Origin: Nageia nagi
Taxonomy: Eukaryota; Plantae; Pinophyta
Reading direction: 5' to 3'
Length of the DNA: 64,000 nucleotides
NCBI GenBank assembly: GCA_050084985.1
Contig: JBITNC010000001.1
Location: 135,470,001-135,534,000 of the forward strand
The position numbers and the translations under genes were made by a program. Every line of letters begins with the position of its first letter. Within the stretch, counting starts at the first letter, position 1. Under the pieces are notes generated by a model. It worked only from the letters and a program-made list of their open reading frames with translations. It did not search any database and was not told the origin of the DNA. This document shows, in pieces, positions 40,474 to 52,249 of the stretch.

Positions 40474-41456
40474 TTAATATCTTTGAGAAATAGGTATCTC
40501 AATCTTTGGATATGCTTTATACAGGTGAAGATAATTTTAAAGGTCCTTTATTTCAAAGATGGTAAACTTTGATAAATGTTAAAGATCCAAACAATTTTTT
40601 GAAATTTAATATCACTGATCATCATTGTATATACATGAAAGGAAAGTTCATACCATTGCATATTAAAAATATTGGAAGGAATTTGGTTGGAGAAAAATAC
40701 AAAGATGAACCTATAAATCATCTTCTTTTTTATAATTATATTGATGACACATATATTAATTTGAGAAAGATTTGTACAACCTTAACCAATTAAATCTGTG
40801 AATAATTTCAATGAGATGATTTACTTGAATCAATGCTTATTGTGAACCCTAAATTTTGGAATATAGATAATGGTGAATAGTTAATTCATGATTTATTTCA
40901 CAAAAACATGGTAATTATTAGATCACATTTTGGTAAACCTATAGAAGTAAATGGACTAAAATTTGATGGTATTTTAAATAAAGAGTTGTTGACAAAACAA
41001 GCCAACCATTTTGGACTTTCTATGATTGATCAATACTCTCTACTATCAAAACCAACAAAAAATGGTGGTATTAAATATCTTTGGTTAAAATATTATCCAA
41101 ATATAGTTCTTTGAGATAATATTAATGAGTATTTAATATTATATGAATTATGTCAAATAATGATTTTGGATTTTGTTGAATACAAAACAGTATTCAACTC
41201 TTTATCTTTTATTAAATCCAAGGTTCAAAATAAATTGGATAAAAACTTGGATATATGTATTAGATTATACGTTTTCCCTTATAATGTGGATTCTTGTCGC
41301 ATATAAAGGGTAGTGGATCTTTGATTTGCTATTGCACAAAGGAGAGGTGTAGATAATTATGAAGAAAATGTTGCAACTAAAACTTGCACACCAACACCAA
41401 AAATGACCATAATAGAACAAGTTTTCAAAGGGTTTGAATTTGAAATACCTAACTAA
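38708..41456 (+). pseudogene. hAT transposase (ZNF862/ZMYM-like type), near full length, decayed
   Basis: WAEKYPFIEP...CKCKIC; FISLSFDEV; VGSDGV; IHYMVHRMNL; KLLKDVDTRWIS; C-terminal dimerisation-like LDFVEYKTVFNSLSFIKSKVQNKLDKNLDICIRLY. The start KKGILSY matches hAT1 KKNILSY. Confidence 0.92.
40429..40470. repeat. (AT)21 microsatellite inside the transposase frame
   Basis: 42-bp perfect run. Confidence 0.98.
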
Positions 41457-41702
41457 GATAGATTTTTGAAGAGTTTGAATTTTAAATAATTATAGTTATG
41501 TATCTTTCAATTTGCTAATCAAATTTGTTACATGTTATTATTGACTTATAATTTAAGTTAGTATTTTTACACTTTTGTGTAAAGTATTTGTTGCATATTA
41601 TTTTATGTAAAGTATTTTTTGATGAAATACTAAAATATTTATGAAAGCCATTTTAAATTAAACATTTGAATATCAACTATATAAATTTGAACAAACACAA
41701 TA

Positions 41703-41820
41703 TTTCAAACATAACAAAACATTCAACCATAACATAAAATTCAACTATAACATAACATTCAACCATTACATAAAATTTAATTATAACATAATATTCAACC
41801 ATAACATAACATTCAACTAT
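41703..41820. repeat. 18-bp tandem repeat (ATTCAACCATAACATAAC, ~6.5 copies) between the convergent genes
   Basis: Unit starts at 41721, 41739, 41757, 41775, 41793 and 41811. Confidence 0.9.
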
Positions 41821-42227
41821 TAAATTTACATATCAACTATTTAAATTTTAAATGAACACAATATTTCACATATTGAATAATATTCAACCACAACATTTTC
41901 ATATCAATAATTTAAATTTGAACAAACACATAATACCATCAAAGTAGTCTAAAACATCAAAATAGTCTTAAACCAAAGGACTTTAACCTACCAAAATACT
42001 TTAAACCATCAAAATGTCCAAATAAAAATAGTCTCAATAGTAAAAAATTAAATTAAGATTCCTCTCCCCCTTCTCCTCCTCCTAACCCCTCTATCTCATC
42101 TGATGAAAGACCAACAATAGTAACTGCTTCGGTAAGATTGCATAATATATCTCATTCTAATGTAGATGCATTATCTATTGAAAGTAAATTGGAATCTATA
42201 AAGGTTTTCTCTTTACATAATATATAT

Positions 42228-43619
42228 TGATCCATAAACCCTACTTTAGGATTTAATTTGTATCTTCACACTTTATTCACTTTAGTGCTTATAGAAATAA
42301 AAATGCACACCAAATCAAAAACACATAAAATGATGTACACACATAGTTATCCTAGTTCAACTAATGTGCTCTAAATCCAAAAAATATAAACCCATTATTG
42401 TAGAGTCCATTTTACAATGTCACTTGTATGATCCTCCTTGATTCACTCTTTTATTTATCAAAGCTGAACCACATGATCACTGTAGGCTTTCCACTGAATC
42501 TCTTTCTTGAAGATGACTCTCTTTTCAATGAAAGTCCTTGAGCATAGTTATGCATCTCTTATCTTAAGATGAAATATTTAGAACTAATATTTATCTATTT
42601 TTCTTTCCATCATGGTGATTATATCATCCACTTCTTTCTCCATGGAAATAAGCTTGTCCATATTCTTTTTTCTTTTTCTATGCAAGTTTGAAATGCACCT
42701 CCAATATTACTCTCATGGTTTTGTTATTTTTCATGGAGTTTAAATAAAATAGAGTTTTCTACATTATTTGCAAACCTACACTAACTCAATCCCTTTGGAA
42801 GGAAATCCACATTAAAGGACTTAACCTTCTTTTCATATTCCATGTTCCCTTTTATAACATTAAGGGATTACAAATTTGGAGTTTATGGTTACATGGTGAT
42901 AAGATAATATTTGTTATTTTTCCTCCTTTACAATATGCTCTCTCATCCTCACAACAATAATCTCCCTCATTTGTATTCATATAGCATTATTTTGGCCTCA
43001 TATGGTTATATTCTCCTATCTTTTTGGATTTTGCAAAACTATCAAAACTACTTCTAATGCTATTTTGTCATGACCATAACTTCATGAACATAATTCCAAA
43101 TGTCATTAAATTTGATATAGGTGTTATTGGATATATGTACCTTAAATGGTTTAAATTTAAATCTTAAAATCCTTATTGATAGCTCTTAGCATTTTCATCA
43201 AGTTGGCCTCCAACACACATTTACACCTAGCAGCTATCAAAGTTTTGATTGTCATGAATGTAGAATTATAATTTACCATTTTATGAGCACCATAAATTTC
43301 AATTAATCCAAATACCTTAAAATTTTAACCACATGTTCACTATAATATGAGGTACTAATTATTCAAAATTTAAGCTATGAATCAACTCGATCTACTCCTG
43401 GTGAGTTCATCAATAGAGCCTTCCATGCATGTTTTGCATTTTTTATATTTAACTTCAAATTTTGAAAAGCCATAACTTACAAACCATAGCTCTATTTTAT
43501 TTCTATTTAAAGCATTAGAATCATGGTGGAGAGCTCTTTCATATAGAAAATAATAATCAACAAAATTATAAACTTGAAAAATCACCATTTTCTAAGACTA
43601 AGAAATCCATTTTGGATCA
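42228..43619 (-). mobile_element. Solo LTR (LTR family A, copy 3)
   Basis: TGATCC...GGATCA termini, TSD TATAT/TATTT, colinear with 11931-13308, no adjacent PBS or PPT. Confidence 0.9.
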
Positions 43620-44899
43620 TATTTGAATCAAGATGATGCTCCTTGATTGTTAGAATAGAAGCATTATTCATTTTGCTTAATTAATCCATCTCATCCTTAA
43701 TTTTAATGGTCATATTGATACTTTTTTTTATAATTTTCAAATGAATATTAAACATTTGAACATCTTTTATCAATTTATTATACCTCACCTACAATCAAAT
43801 AACAAAATATAAATATTACAACTCAAAAAAAAATTATTTTTAAAACATAAACAAAATATATAAAAATTGGAAAGTACTTTGTTACCTCAGCTTGTTCCTT
43901 TTGGGCCTTTGCAATCTCTACTAAATTTTTGTCTCTTGACTAGAGGTCATAATAGGCTTGAGCTTTTGCATTTAAATTTTCCAAATGGTTACACATAATA
44001 CCCATTACATTATCATCATATCCTCTTTGCACGGTGATTGAACCTACTTTTTCTTGAGCCCTTAAACTTTCTATTTTAGTAGGTTTATTCTCAACCAATT
44101 TAAATAAAGAATCCTATTGAGAATGATTGTGATAATGGGTATTGATTTCCTTTATCAATGATTTGGTTCCCAAAATTTTTTCATATTTAAAGTATTGATG
44201 TTATATAGTATAATGTCATTTAGTTGTGCCAAAGTATCATCTAAAATAAGTGCATTTAATGAAAAGTATGTAAGTTCATCATTTGTTTTACCAAAAGTGT
44301 CCTGCATGTTTTATGGATATGGTGCAAAACTTATTTGTTGAGGATGATAAGGTTGAGAAATATTAACTTTATTCTAAATAATATTATGGGTGCTCATCTA
44401 AGGATTTGAACCATTGTGAATTCCCAAGTAATCCACATCTAATTATATATTTCACAAATCAAAAATGCTAACACTTTGTACATCCTCCAAATCAAAATCA
44501 AGAAAAGAAGAGATTCTCGATAAGTTAACCATTATGTTGCTCATAGAAGGATGATCCTACTATAAATTGATATGTTTTACTACTCTTTTTATGGATATTG
44601 GATGTGGAACAGGTTGTGGAGGCATGGGTGACCTTCTTTTTTGAGAACTTAACTTGCCACCTATATCAAAAAATTATGTATTATAAAATATGAGCTTATT
44701 TATATTGGATAACAAATTTGGATTAAAAAAATTAAAAAATATTTACTTGATGGAGGAGTAGATGATGTAGGTTAAATTAGTTGATTAGGTGAATCTACCA
44801 TATCTTGATATGAAATTGTGATAACTAGAATAAAAGTTGCATGGAAATATATATTTATATACTTAAAGTTAGGGTTATAAAGATGGAGAAATAAAATAT

Positions 44900-45105
44900 T
44901 CACATGATGGTATGGTGCTACCATACAGTGGAATAGTGCTACTAGGTGGTGGCATGTTGCTATTATGCAATGGATTAGTGATACTGGGAGGTGGCATGCT
45001 GCTACTATGTAATGGCATGGTATTGTTGAATGGTGGAACCATGCTACTATGTGGTAGCAACATGCCACCATGTGATAGCACCATGCTATCATAAGGTAGC
45101 ACCAT
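44900..45105. repeat. 21-bp motif array in an intron of the hAT2 accessory gene
   Basis: Units like GTGCTACTAGGTGGTGGCATG and ATGCTACTATGTGGTAGCAAC. Confidence 0.85.
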
Positions 45106-46724
45106 TACAATGCATAGGCATACATAAATAACAATTTTACCTCCTTATCCTATTGTACCTTCAACACCTTTGACTTCTTGTCCAAACTCAAAAGTTGAAA
45201 TCCTTTCAAGATAGCTCCTACTAGGAATAGAAACATTACCTTATCCTACAACCATAACAATATGTTAAAAAACTTAAATAATTAATATAATTAAATAAAA
45301 AATATATATCAACTATAGTAAAAAATATATGTATTCATTTAACTTTCACCAATAGTAGGAGGTGATACATTCCTTATCTTCCTAGTAGCCAATATTCTAA
45401 ATATTAACAAGATACTATTTTTTGCAGACTCAGTATCACCATTGCCTTCAAGACAAACTCCTCTAAGTTTTACTTCCCTTTTCTTTGATGTTTATTCTTC
45501 CTAATGCTAAAATAATATAATTTTTTAATATTTGTAAAATAATTATTCAAGTTCAAAAATTTTAGCTCAAAATATGAAATAATTATGATTTTTAGATACC
45601 TAAATTTCTTTAGTTAGTAAACCTATTATACTCATTTTTGAATGCAATACTATTGTAATTGGAGCTATATTTACTAAATTATGAAAAGATTCATAATAAA
45701 AAGCCAAAATATAATTTGTACATACCACATAACTATTATAATTCTAAAGGGCAAAGCTTAGATCATGTTTAATTCTATCTAAAATATATGAATACCAGTC
45801 AAAGTTTTGACCATTGAACAAACAAAGGATGTAAAATATAGACCATAATGGAATATTTGATGTTCTTCCTTGTAAAATAATTCTAGATTGAAAAAATTCA
45901 TAGATTGCTTTGAAGTAATCATTTTAGAAATTTTTGTACACAATTCTTCTTTTGTTTCGATACTCTGCATAAAATGAATGCAAACAATTAATAAAGTTTA
46001 AATTATAAATTAATATATAAAGTTAATGAAAATCAATTTTAAAAATAACATACCATTTGAGTCAATTTGAATCTAGTAAGTTTATCTAAATAGGTTTTAT
46101 CTTCTGGAGACAAGAGAGCTTTCTATTTAACTTCAATTACACCATCACCATGATGTAGTAAATTAGTCAACTAAGCTATGTTTGCAAGAGAAACACCAAA
46201 GGAAAAGCTCCTTGATTTTGTTACCATACAAAACCTTACTTATTTGGTATCATAACAAGACATAAGATAGTCCAATAAATTGGAATTTGTTTCAAATTAA
46301 GGCATAAAATAAGGCCTCCAAGCCTTATCTAGTCCACCCAATTTGAGTAACATTTTGGGGTAAAAAAGATAAAATATTAGGGCATGATAAATTTCTATAT
46401 AAAAATCGATGGTTGGTGGATGATGAGAGATGTAATTCTGTAGGAGTGTTAAACATGCTAGTAAAAAGTTAAAAACTATGGCTAAAAGTAAAATATTGCA
46501 GTAAAAGACAAAGAAAATGATATCTCTAAGAGGAAAGAATAATCTAAAAGTGCCACCTAAATATTATTTATTGAAAATGTAGACCACATGGCATCCTACT
46601 ATAGGTTGGAGATAAGATTTGAATAAAATTATAGAAAAAGATAGCTCTAGACAAGTGGACAAAATGATAGAATGAAAAAAATAAGTCACTTATTCCCTAT
46701 TTATAGATAATTAACATGTGGCAC

Positions 46725-46913
46725 CATGACTTGACATGTGTAGTGGTGGCAACAAGCTTTAGTATGCCATGTAGTAGCATTCCAACATCTACTACTAGGA
46801 AATAGTAGAGTACCACTATTATGAAGTGGTAGTTTACTACTACCCAATAGCATCCTGCTACCACCTGAAAATAGTTTGCTACCACCCCTACACCCGATAG
46901 AAGTCTGCTACCA
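46725..46913. repeat. Right subterminal ~21-bp motif array of hAT2
   Basis: Repeated (T)GCTACCA / TACTAC...ATAG. Confidence 0.75.
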
Positions 46914-49154
46914 TAAAAAAAAAAAAATGAATTTTAAAATTCATCATAAAAATTTATATTGCTTTTTCTCCAACTTCAAATTTACCTTTGTATTTTTGAA
47001 AACATTTCTTAAAATTACCTCAACTATGAATCTAATTTGCCAAAAAATTCTAAGTTACTTTTCAAAAAAAGCTCTTAAAATGAACCCTAGGTAATTAGCT
47101 TATCTATTATAAATAGAGTCTAATAATGTAATAGAGGGGGATTGGATTACTCAACATTTTTCCTTTAATAATGGAATATTGCTTATTTTTCTTTAAATTT
47201 AGTATGGATATATTTACCCTTTTATTTCAATGTTTGTGTTATATGATGCTTAAATGGTTAAATTTGGCAAATTCTTCTTATGTCCTAGATGGTGGTGGTT
47301 AAGGCATTAGTGGCTTTTGTGCCTCACATTTTTTTTTGCAGATAAGTGGTTTTATGTTAATTCATGGTTGTGAGCTAGGTTTCCTCCCTATGGTTCTTTT
47401 AATCTATCAAAATCCTTGGTTGGTCTCATGTTCCATCATTTCCCATTCATTTCCTATATTTGTATGCTTTTTTGAGTACCAAACTCTTTATGATATCTTT
47501 TTCATCTCTTTCTTACATCTTTTGGCCTTGACCAAAAGGCTTTTCATGCCCATTGGAGCAATCCGTGACAAAATTAGAATTGAACTGTGAATCCCCAATC
47601 CTATAGTGTGCATCTTTATCTATGAAGTGATATCCTCATAGGATTCACCACTTTGTCTATGAGTTGATTCTCTTAGGATTGGTAGGATCATTTTCTTCAT
47701 CTAAAGATGAAACTAGATTATTTACAAGTAAATTTCTTCATGGGATTTATTACTTTGTCCTTGAGATTATAGTTCCCAACTTGATCAATTCATCTAGGCA
47801 TAGACCTATAGAACTAGAGTTTCAACCACATCCATCCAATGTTGGCTCATGTCACTCTATCCTGGCACATCTTACATCGTACAAGTAAATAATTTTGGCA
47901 AACCTAATAGAACTCATCTTGTGCACTTTAAGTTACATATGGAAACTTATTATTGCATATACTTGTAAATTTTATCAATATCTTATGTAATTATTTACAA
48001 CTAGAATTACTTTGCCTCTTCTATGCAATAATACCAAAACCCTATTAAGAGATTAATATGTATGTATCATAGTAGCGATGGATGAAAAGGAGTCCTAGAT
48101 TCATCTACACTTCATTTTATTTCACCCCACTCAACCCCTACCTATCATCTAAGCTTCATGAAGGATCATTGGAATTAAGGGCTTGGGATATAATTATTGT
48201 GTCTATTTATTGTAAAATAGAATAGATATGTATAAAATAGAATAGAGATAAATAGGCCTTGGTGCTTGAACATAGATTACCAAATTTTTAAGGCTTCTCC
48301 TATATTTGGTATCACAAGAATATCATCAATGGAGGAGTCATTTGTAACTCACAATGGTGTTTTAATTATTCACTAAGCACTTCAACATGATTGAAATACT
48401 CAATGAAGGGGCCAAAAATGTTATCAAAATAACCATATCTAGAAGCTAGGGGCATGATGATTCTTTATGGCCTCTAAACTATGCAAATAATAATTGAGGT
48501 AATCAAAGGCTTTTTGGATTTTCTTAATTTTTGTCAAGCCATTCAAATAATGTGATGATACCTCTTAGGAAATTGCTAAGTAAACATATTTGATCTTAAA
48601 TCAAATATGGAGGTACTAAATGAAGAAGATGGTAGAATCATTTATTTTAACATCTCTAGACTTGTAAGATCATTTAAGGAAAGCCTCTCTTTCCTAGTAG
48701 GGGAAAATATACACACCTCAGATTCATTAAGTTCATGATGTCATTTGCAATTTTCCACATCTTGGGGATAAGCAAGTTAAAAGGACCCAATATTAGACCC
48801 TTATGTAGTTTATGTCAACATACTACATACTAGTAAGTTCAAAAGCATCCATTCCCATCCATATTTTGACTATGATGTCACCAATGAAAGTGAGTTCCCT
48901 TGGAAATATAAAAATACTAATTCTAATACCTTGAAATTATATAACATCAATATTTCAAACTTAACTCTGGCAAGCTTATTCTCAAATCTTTTCCACCTCT
49001 TACATCATCAATTATAATATTAGTTCTAATAACAAATATACATTAAAGTAAGACCAAATGATTTTATCAAAACAAATCCTCACCCCATCCAATGCATTAC
49101 CAAGCTAGGAGAATAGATGATATTACCCTATACAACAAAATTGTCTAGGAAGGA

Positions 49155-50540
49155 AGGTATATGAATGTTTGATAGAATGCCTCATTAAAAAATGGCCTCT
49201 TAAGCTACAATATTCTCAAGATATGTATGAAATTATTCCTAGGAAAGGCTTTAGAAACTCTTGAAAAAGTACAATTATTATATGTAAAGTCAAACTATGT
49301 AATCTTTTCTAATATATGCCACTATGGAAGCTCACAAAGAAGGTATGGAAATCTATCGATGAGTAGTTCAAAATGATTTTCATCAAAAATTATGATCATA
49401 AATGCAATCATAAACATATACACAAAATGTGACAGGATGAACCAAGCACACATATTGTTTGATGTAATGCTTCATTAAAATACAATTTCATATATTACAA
49501 TAATTGCATGATATGTATAAAATGGGTCACCAAAAAAATATCTAAAACTTTTGAGTAGATGCAATTGTCAAATGTAAATCCAAAATGCCAACAATTTTTA
49601 CATGACATAATGCTTCATCAAAATGTAGTCATATGGATTACAATGATCTTATTACATGTATAGAATTAGTTTTTGAAAAGGCTGTGGAAAATTTTAAGAA
49701 GGTGTAATTGTCAAATACAAAGAACAACTATGCAACTTACGTTAGCTTTCTTCCTAGCTTATGCCATCATTGAAAATTATAAAGAAGGTATGGAAATCCA
49801 CTAAGGAGTAATTCAAAATGGTTTTTCAAATATCATGGTTGAAAATTCCATTATATATGTATATGAAAAATGTAGGATAATAAACTAGGCCCAAAAATTA
49901 TTTGACAATACATGTAATGCAAACACATTGTTGTAGACTAAAATGATTGCATAATACATAGTTCATGACTACAACAAGGATACCCTTTGACTATCTAATC
50001 TAATGAAATATTTAGAAATCATAAAAAAATTCCTAGGCCTTCTCAATCACTAATTTCATTGATAACATTTATCAATCCTGGTAAATGTGTTCTTAGGTCC
50101 TTCCATCACATAACATTAGCCAAAAAATAAAATATATCTAGGAAGACATGTATGCAAAATCATAAGGACTAGGAATCATTTGATAGAACATATAACACAC
50201 ACATTATTTCTAGGATTTCAATGATCATATGATATGCACAAAATAGAAATAAAGGAAGGGCTCATAAATTATTTTATAGAGTTCCTTGTCAAAATTTAGT
50301 TGCATGCATAATAGGAATCATAGGATATTTATAAAATGGGTCCCATGAAAAGGCTCTAGAAACTTTTAAGCATGTGAAACTTTTAGATGCAAAGCTAATA
50401 TATGCAACCTGCATCAGCTTTCTTTCCACTATATACCACCACAAATGCTCAAAGAAGGAATGGAGATTCAAAAATGAGTAGTTGAGAACATATTTCATTG
50501 AATATTATGGATATGAATTCCTAGGAAGAGATATATGATG
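49155..50540 (+). pseudogene. PLS-class PPR fragments, copy 3
   Basis: Colinear with copies 1-2 (KALETLEK, GMEI, NAIINIYTKC, KALETFKH). Confidence 0.86.
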
Positions 50541-52249
50541 GGAGCGTAGAACAAGTACACAAATAAGTTGATAAGATATAAAAGTAAACCTAGTTTCATT
50601 TACTACAATGAGTGCAATATAGAAAAGGAGGATCCCAACAACATAAATAATTGAATACATATGGAGGTTGATAATAAAGAATTACTTCCCCATTAACATA
50701 GCCAATGTTGGTAATTATGTTCCAGTTCTTAAATAATTTCCTAGGATTGTTATTTAACCTATGAAAAACTTTCAATTGTGCATTGATCACCATGTTATAG
50801 TTAAGTTTTTCTTCCAAGTTATTGTACATTACAATTAACACCTATCATACTTCAAAGGTATCAAATAAAGATCATGAGCAGCATTTTCAAACCTCCTATA
50901 AGTTGAAAAATAAAAAAATAAATACTCAAAATCATGAGATATCTGAGAGGTAGGATTCTAATAATTTTTGCAATAAAGTATGATGTCATCATCAATACAA
51001 GTTACAATTTTAAACTTATTTTCATATTTCTTTGAGAAGCAATGTTAACAAGTAAAATTTTAACTCCCAGTAGCACTATAGAGTGATAATTGTGATATCA
51101 CTTGACATGCATAGCTCTCGAACTAGAATTTAATTTATATGGTGATGCTCATAAGGCAAGCACATGTGCATGAGATGTAGTTGTGATGTTGAAAATAGCC
51201 TTTATACTAAAGATGAAGGTTGTGAATTAAGAGAATATTCTAATTCAATCAAATCATGCACAAAGCATGAAGGGGAGCACTCTAATGGCTCGAAATTAGT
51301 CTTAGGAAATAGTTTAGGTTTCTTAAAAGTTAACTTCTTCTTGTAAACAATATGATTGCCTATTTTTGTAGTAGGACTAGAGGTAGTGTAATAGTAGGAG
51401 TAGTTCAATATTAGTTATTTATTTTTAGGTAACTAGCTCATTTATTATAAATAGAGATTTTGATAATGTAATAGAGGGGGATTGGATTACTTGGCATTTT
51501 CCCTTTAATAATGTAAAATCACTTATTTATCTTTAAATTAAGTGTGGATATGCTTTCCCTTTTGTTTCAATTATTGTGTTTCATGATCCATAATTAGTTG
51601 AATTTGGAAGATTATTCCTATATATTGGATGGTGTGGTTGAGGTATCAGTGGTTGTTGTGCCTTATCTCTTATTTTGGATAGGTGGTTTTTTGTTAATGC
51701 ATGGTTGTGAGGTAGGTTTCCTCCCCATGGTTTTGATTTGATATAATAAAAGCCCAAATTGGCCTCATTGTCTACCATTTCTAATTTTTTTTCTTGTATC
51801 TCTATGCTTCTCTAAGTACCAAACTCTTTCTAAAATATTTTTCCTCTCTTTCTTACATATTGTGGGTTCAACTGAAAGGCTCTCCATGACCATTAAAGCA
51901 ATCATCGACCTAACAAAATCAAAATTGAAATATGAATCATCAATATTGCATTATACATCTTTGTCTACTAAGCAACATCCTCACAAGATTAGCCACTCTA
52001 TCTGTGAGCTTGTTGTCTCAGGATTGGTAGGGTCATTTTTTTTATCTAAGGAGGAAACTAGCTTGTCTATGAGTTAGTTTCTTCATGGAATTTATTACTT
52101 TGTTCATGATATTATAGTTCCCATCTCGAGCAGTTCATCTAGGCACCAACCTAGAGAACGAAAGGTTGGATCTTGTCCATACAATAATTCCTCATGTGAT
52201 TATGGCCTAGTACATCTTACATCATGCAAGTAAATAGTTAATAATATTG

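Larger units (their letters stand above)
42055..46456 (-). pseudogene. hAT2 accessory gene (multi-exon, convergent with the transposase; last exon split by a solo LTR)
   Basis: Candidate ATG at 46456. GT-AG introns 45965-46053, ~45507-45599, ~45246-45343, ~44876-45140 (acceptor decayed), ~44661-44747 and ~43789-43885. Exon 2 (45600-45964) is one frame with only TAA/TAG stops. Homologous to the hAT1 accessory gene. Confidence 0.82.
36960..47089 (+). mobile_element. hAT-type DNA transposon 2 (10,130 bp including a 1,392-bp solo LTR); structurally near-complete
   Basis: TIRs CAGGGTTCATTTTAA / TTAAAATGAACCCTA (14/15 match). 8-bp TSD GGTTACTA (36952-36959) / GGTAATTA (47090-47097), each one change from the empty site GGTAACTA at ~51428. 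Confidence 0.93.
16593..52236. repeat. Tandem array of a ~4.4-4.6 kb unit carrying PPR fragments (about 3 units), split by two hAT insertions. Segments: 16593-20167, 32899-36959, 47090-52236
   Basis: The marker GGCT(C/T)TAGAAACTCTT recurs at 17421, 34741 and ~49247. Removing the two hAT elements gives spacings of ~4.58 and ~4.37 kb. Sequence is continuous across both insertions when compared with uninterrupted copies. Confidence 0.9.

Noticed and set aside
40369-40572. ORF with an IYIYIY run
   Set aside because: Artefact of the (AT)21 microsatellite.
13812-43619. LTR copies 2 and 3 as the ends of one 30-kb element
   Set aside because: Copy 3 has its own TSD and sits inside hAT2, while copies 1 and 2 share a TSD, PBS and PPT.
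44772-45105. Three overlapping ORFs with heptad repeats
   Set aside because: Mostly products of the intronic 21-bp array; only the short exon part near 44750-44875 is likely coding.
45779-45970. ORF-track peptide MQSIETKEEL...
   Set aside because: Wrong frame. The frame homologous to hAT1 reads EYRNKRRIVY...ILQGR after a phase-1 intron.
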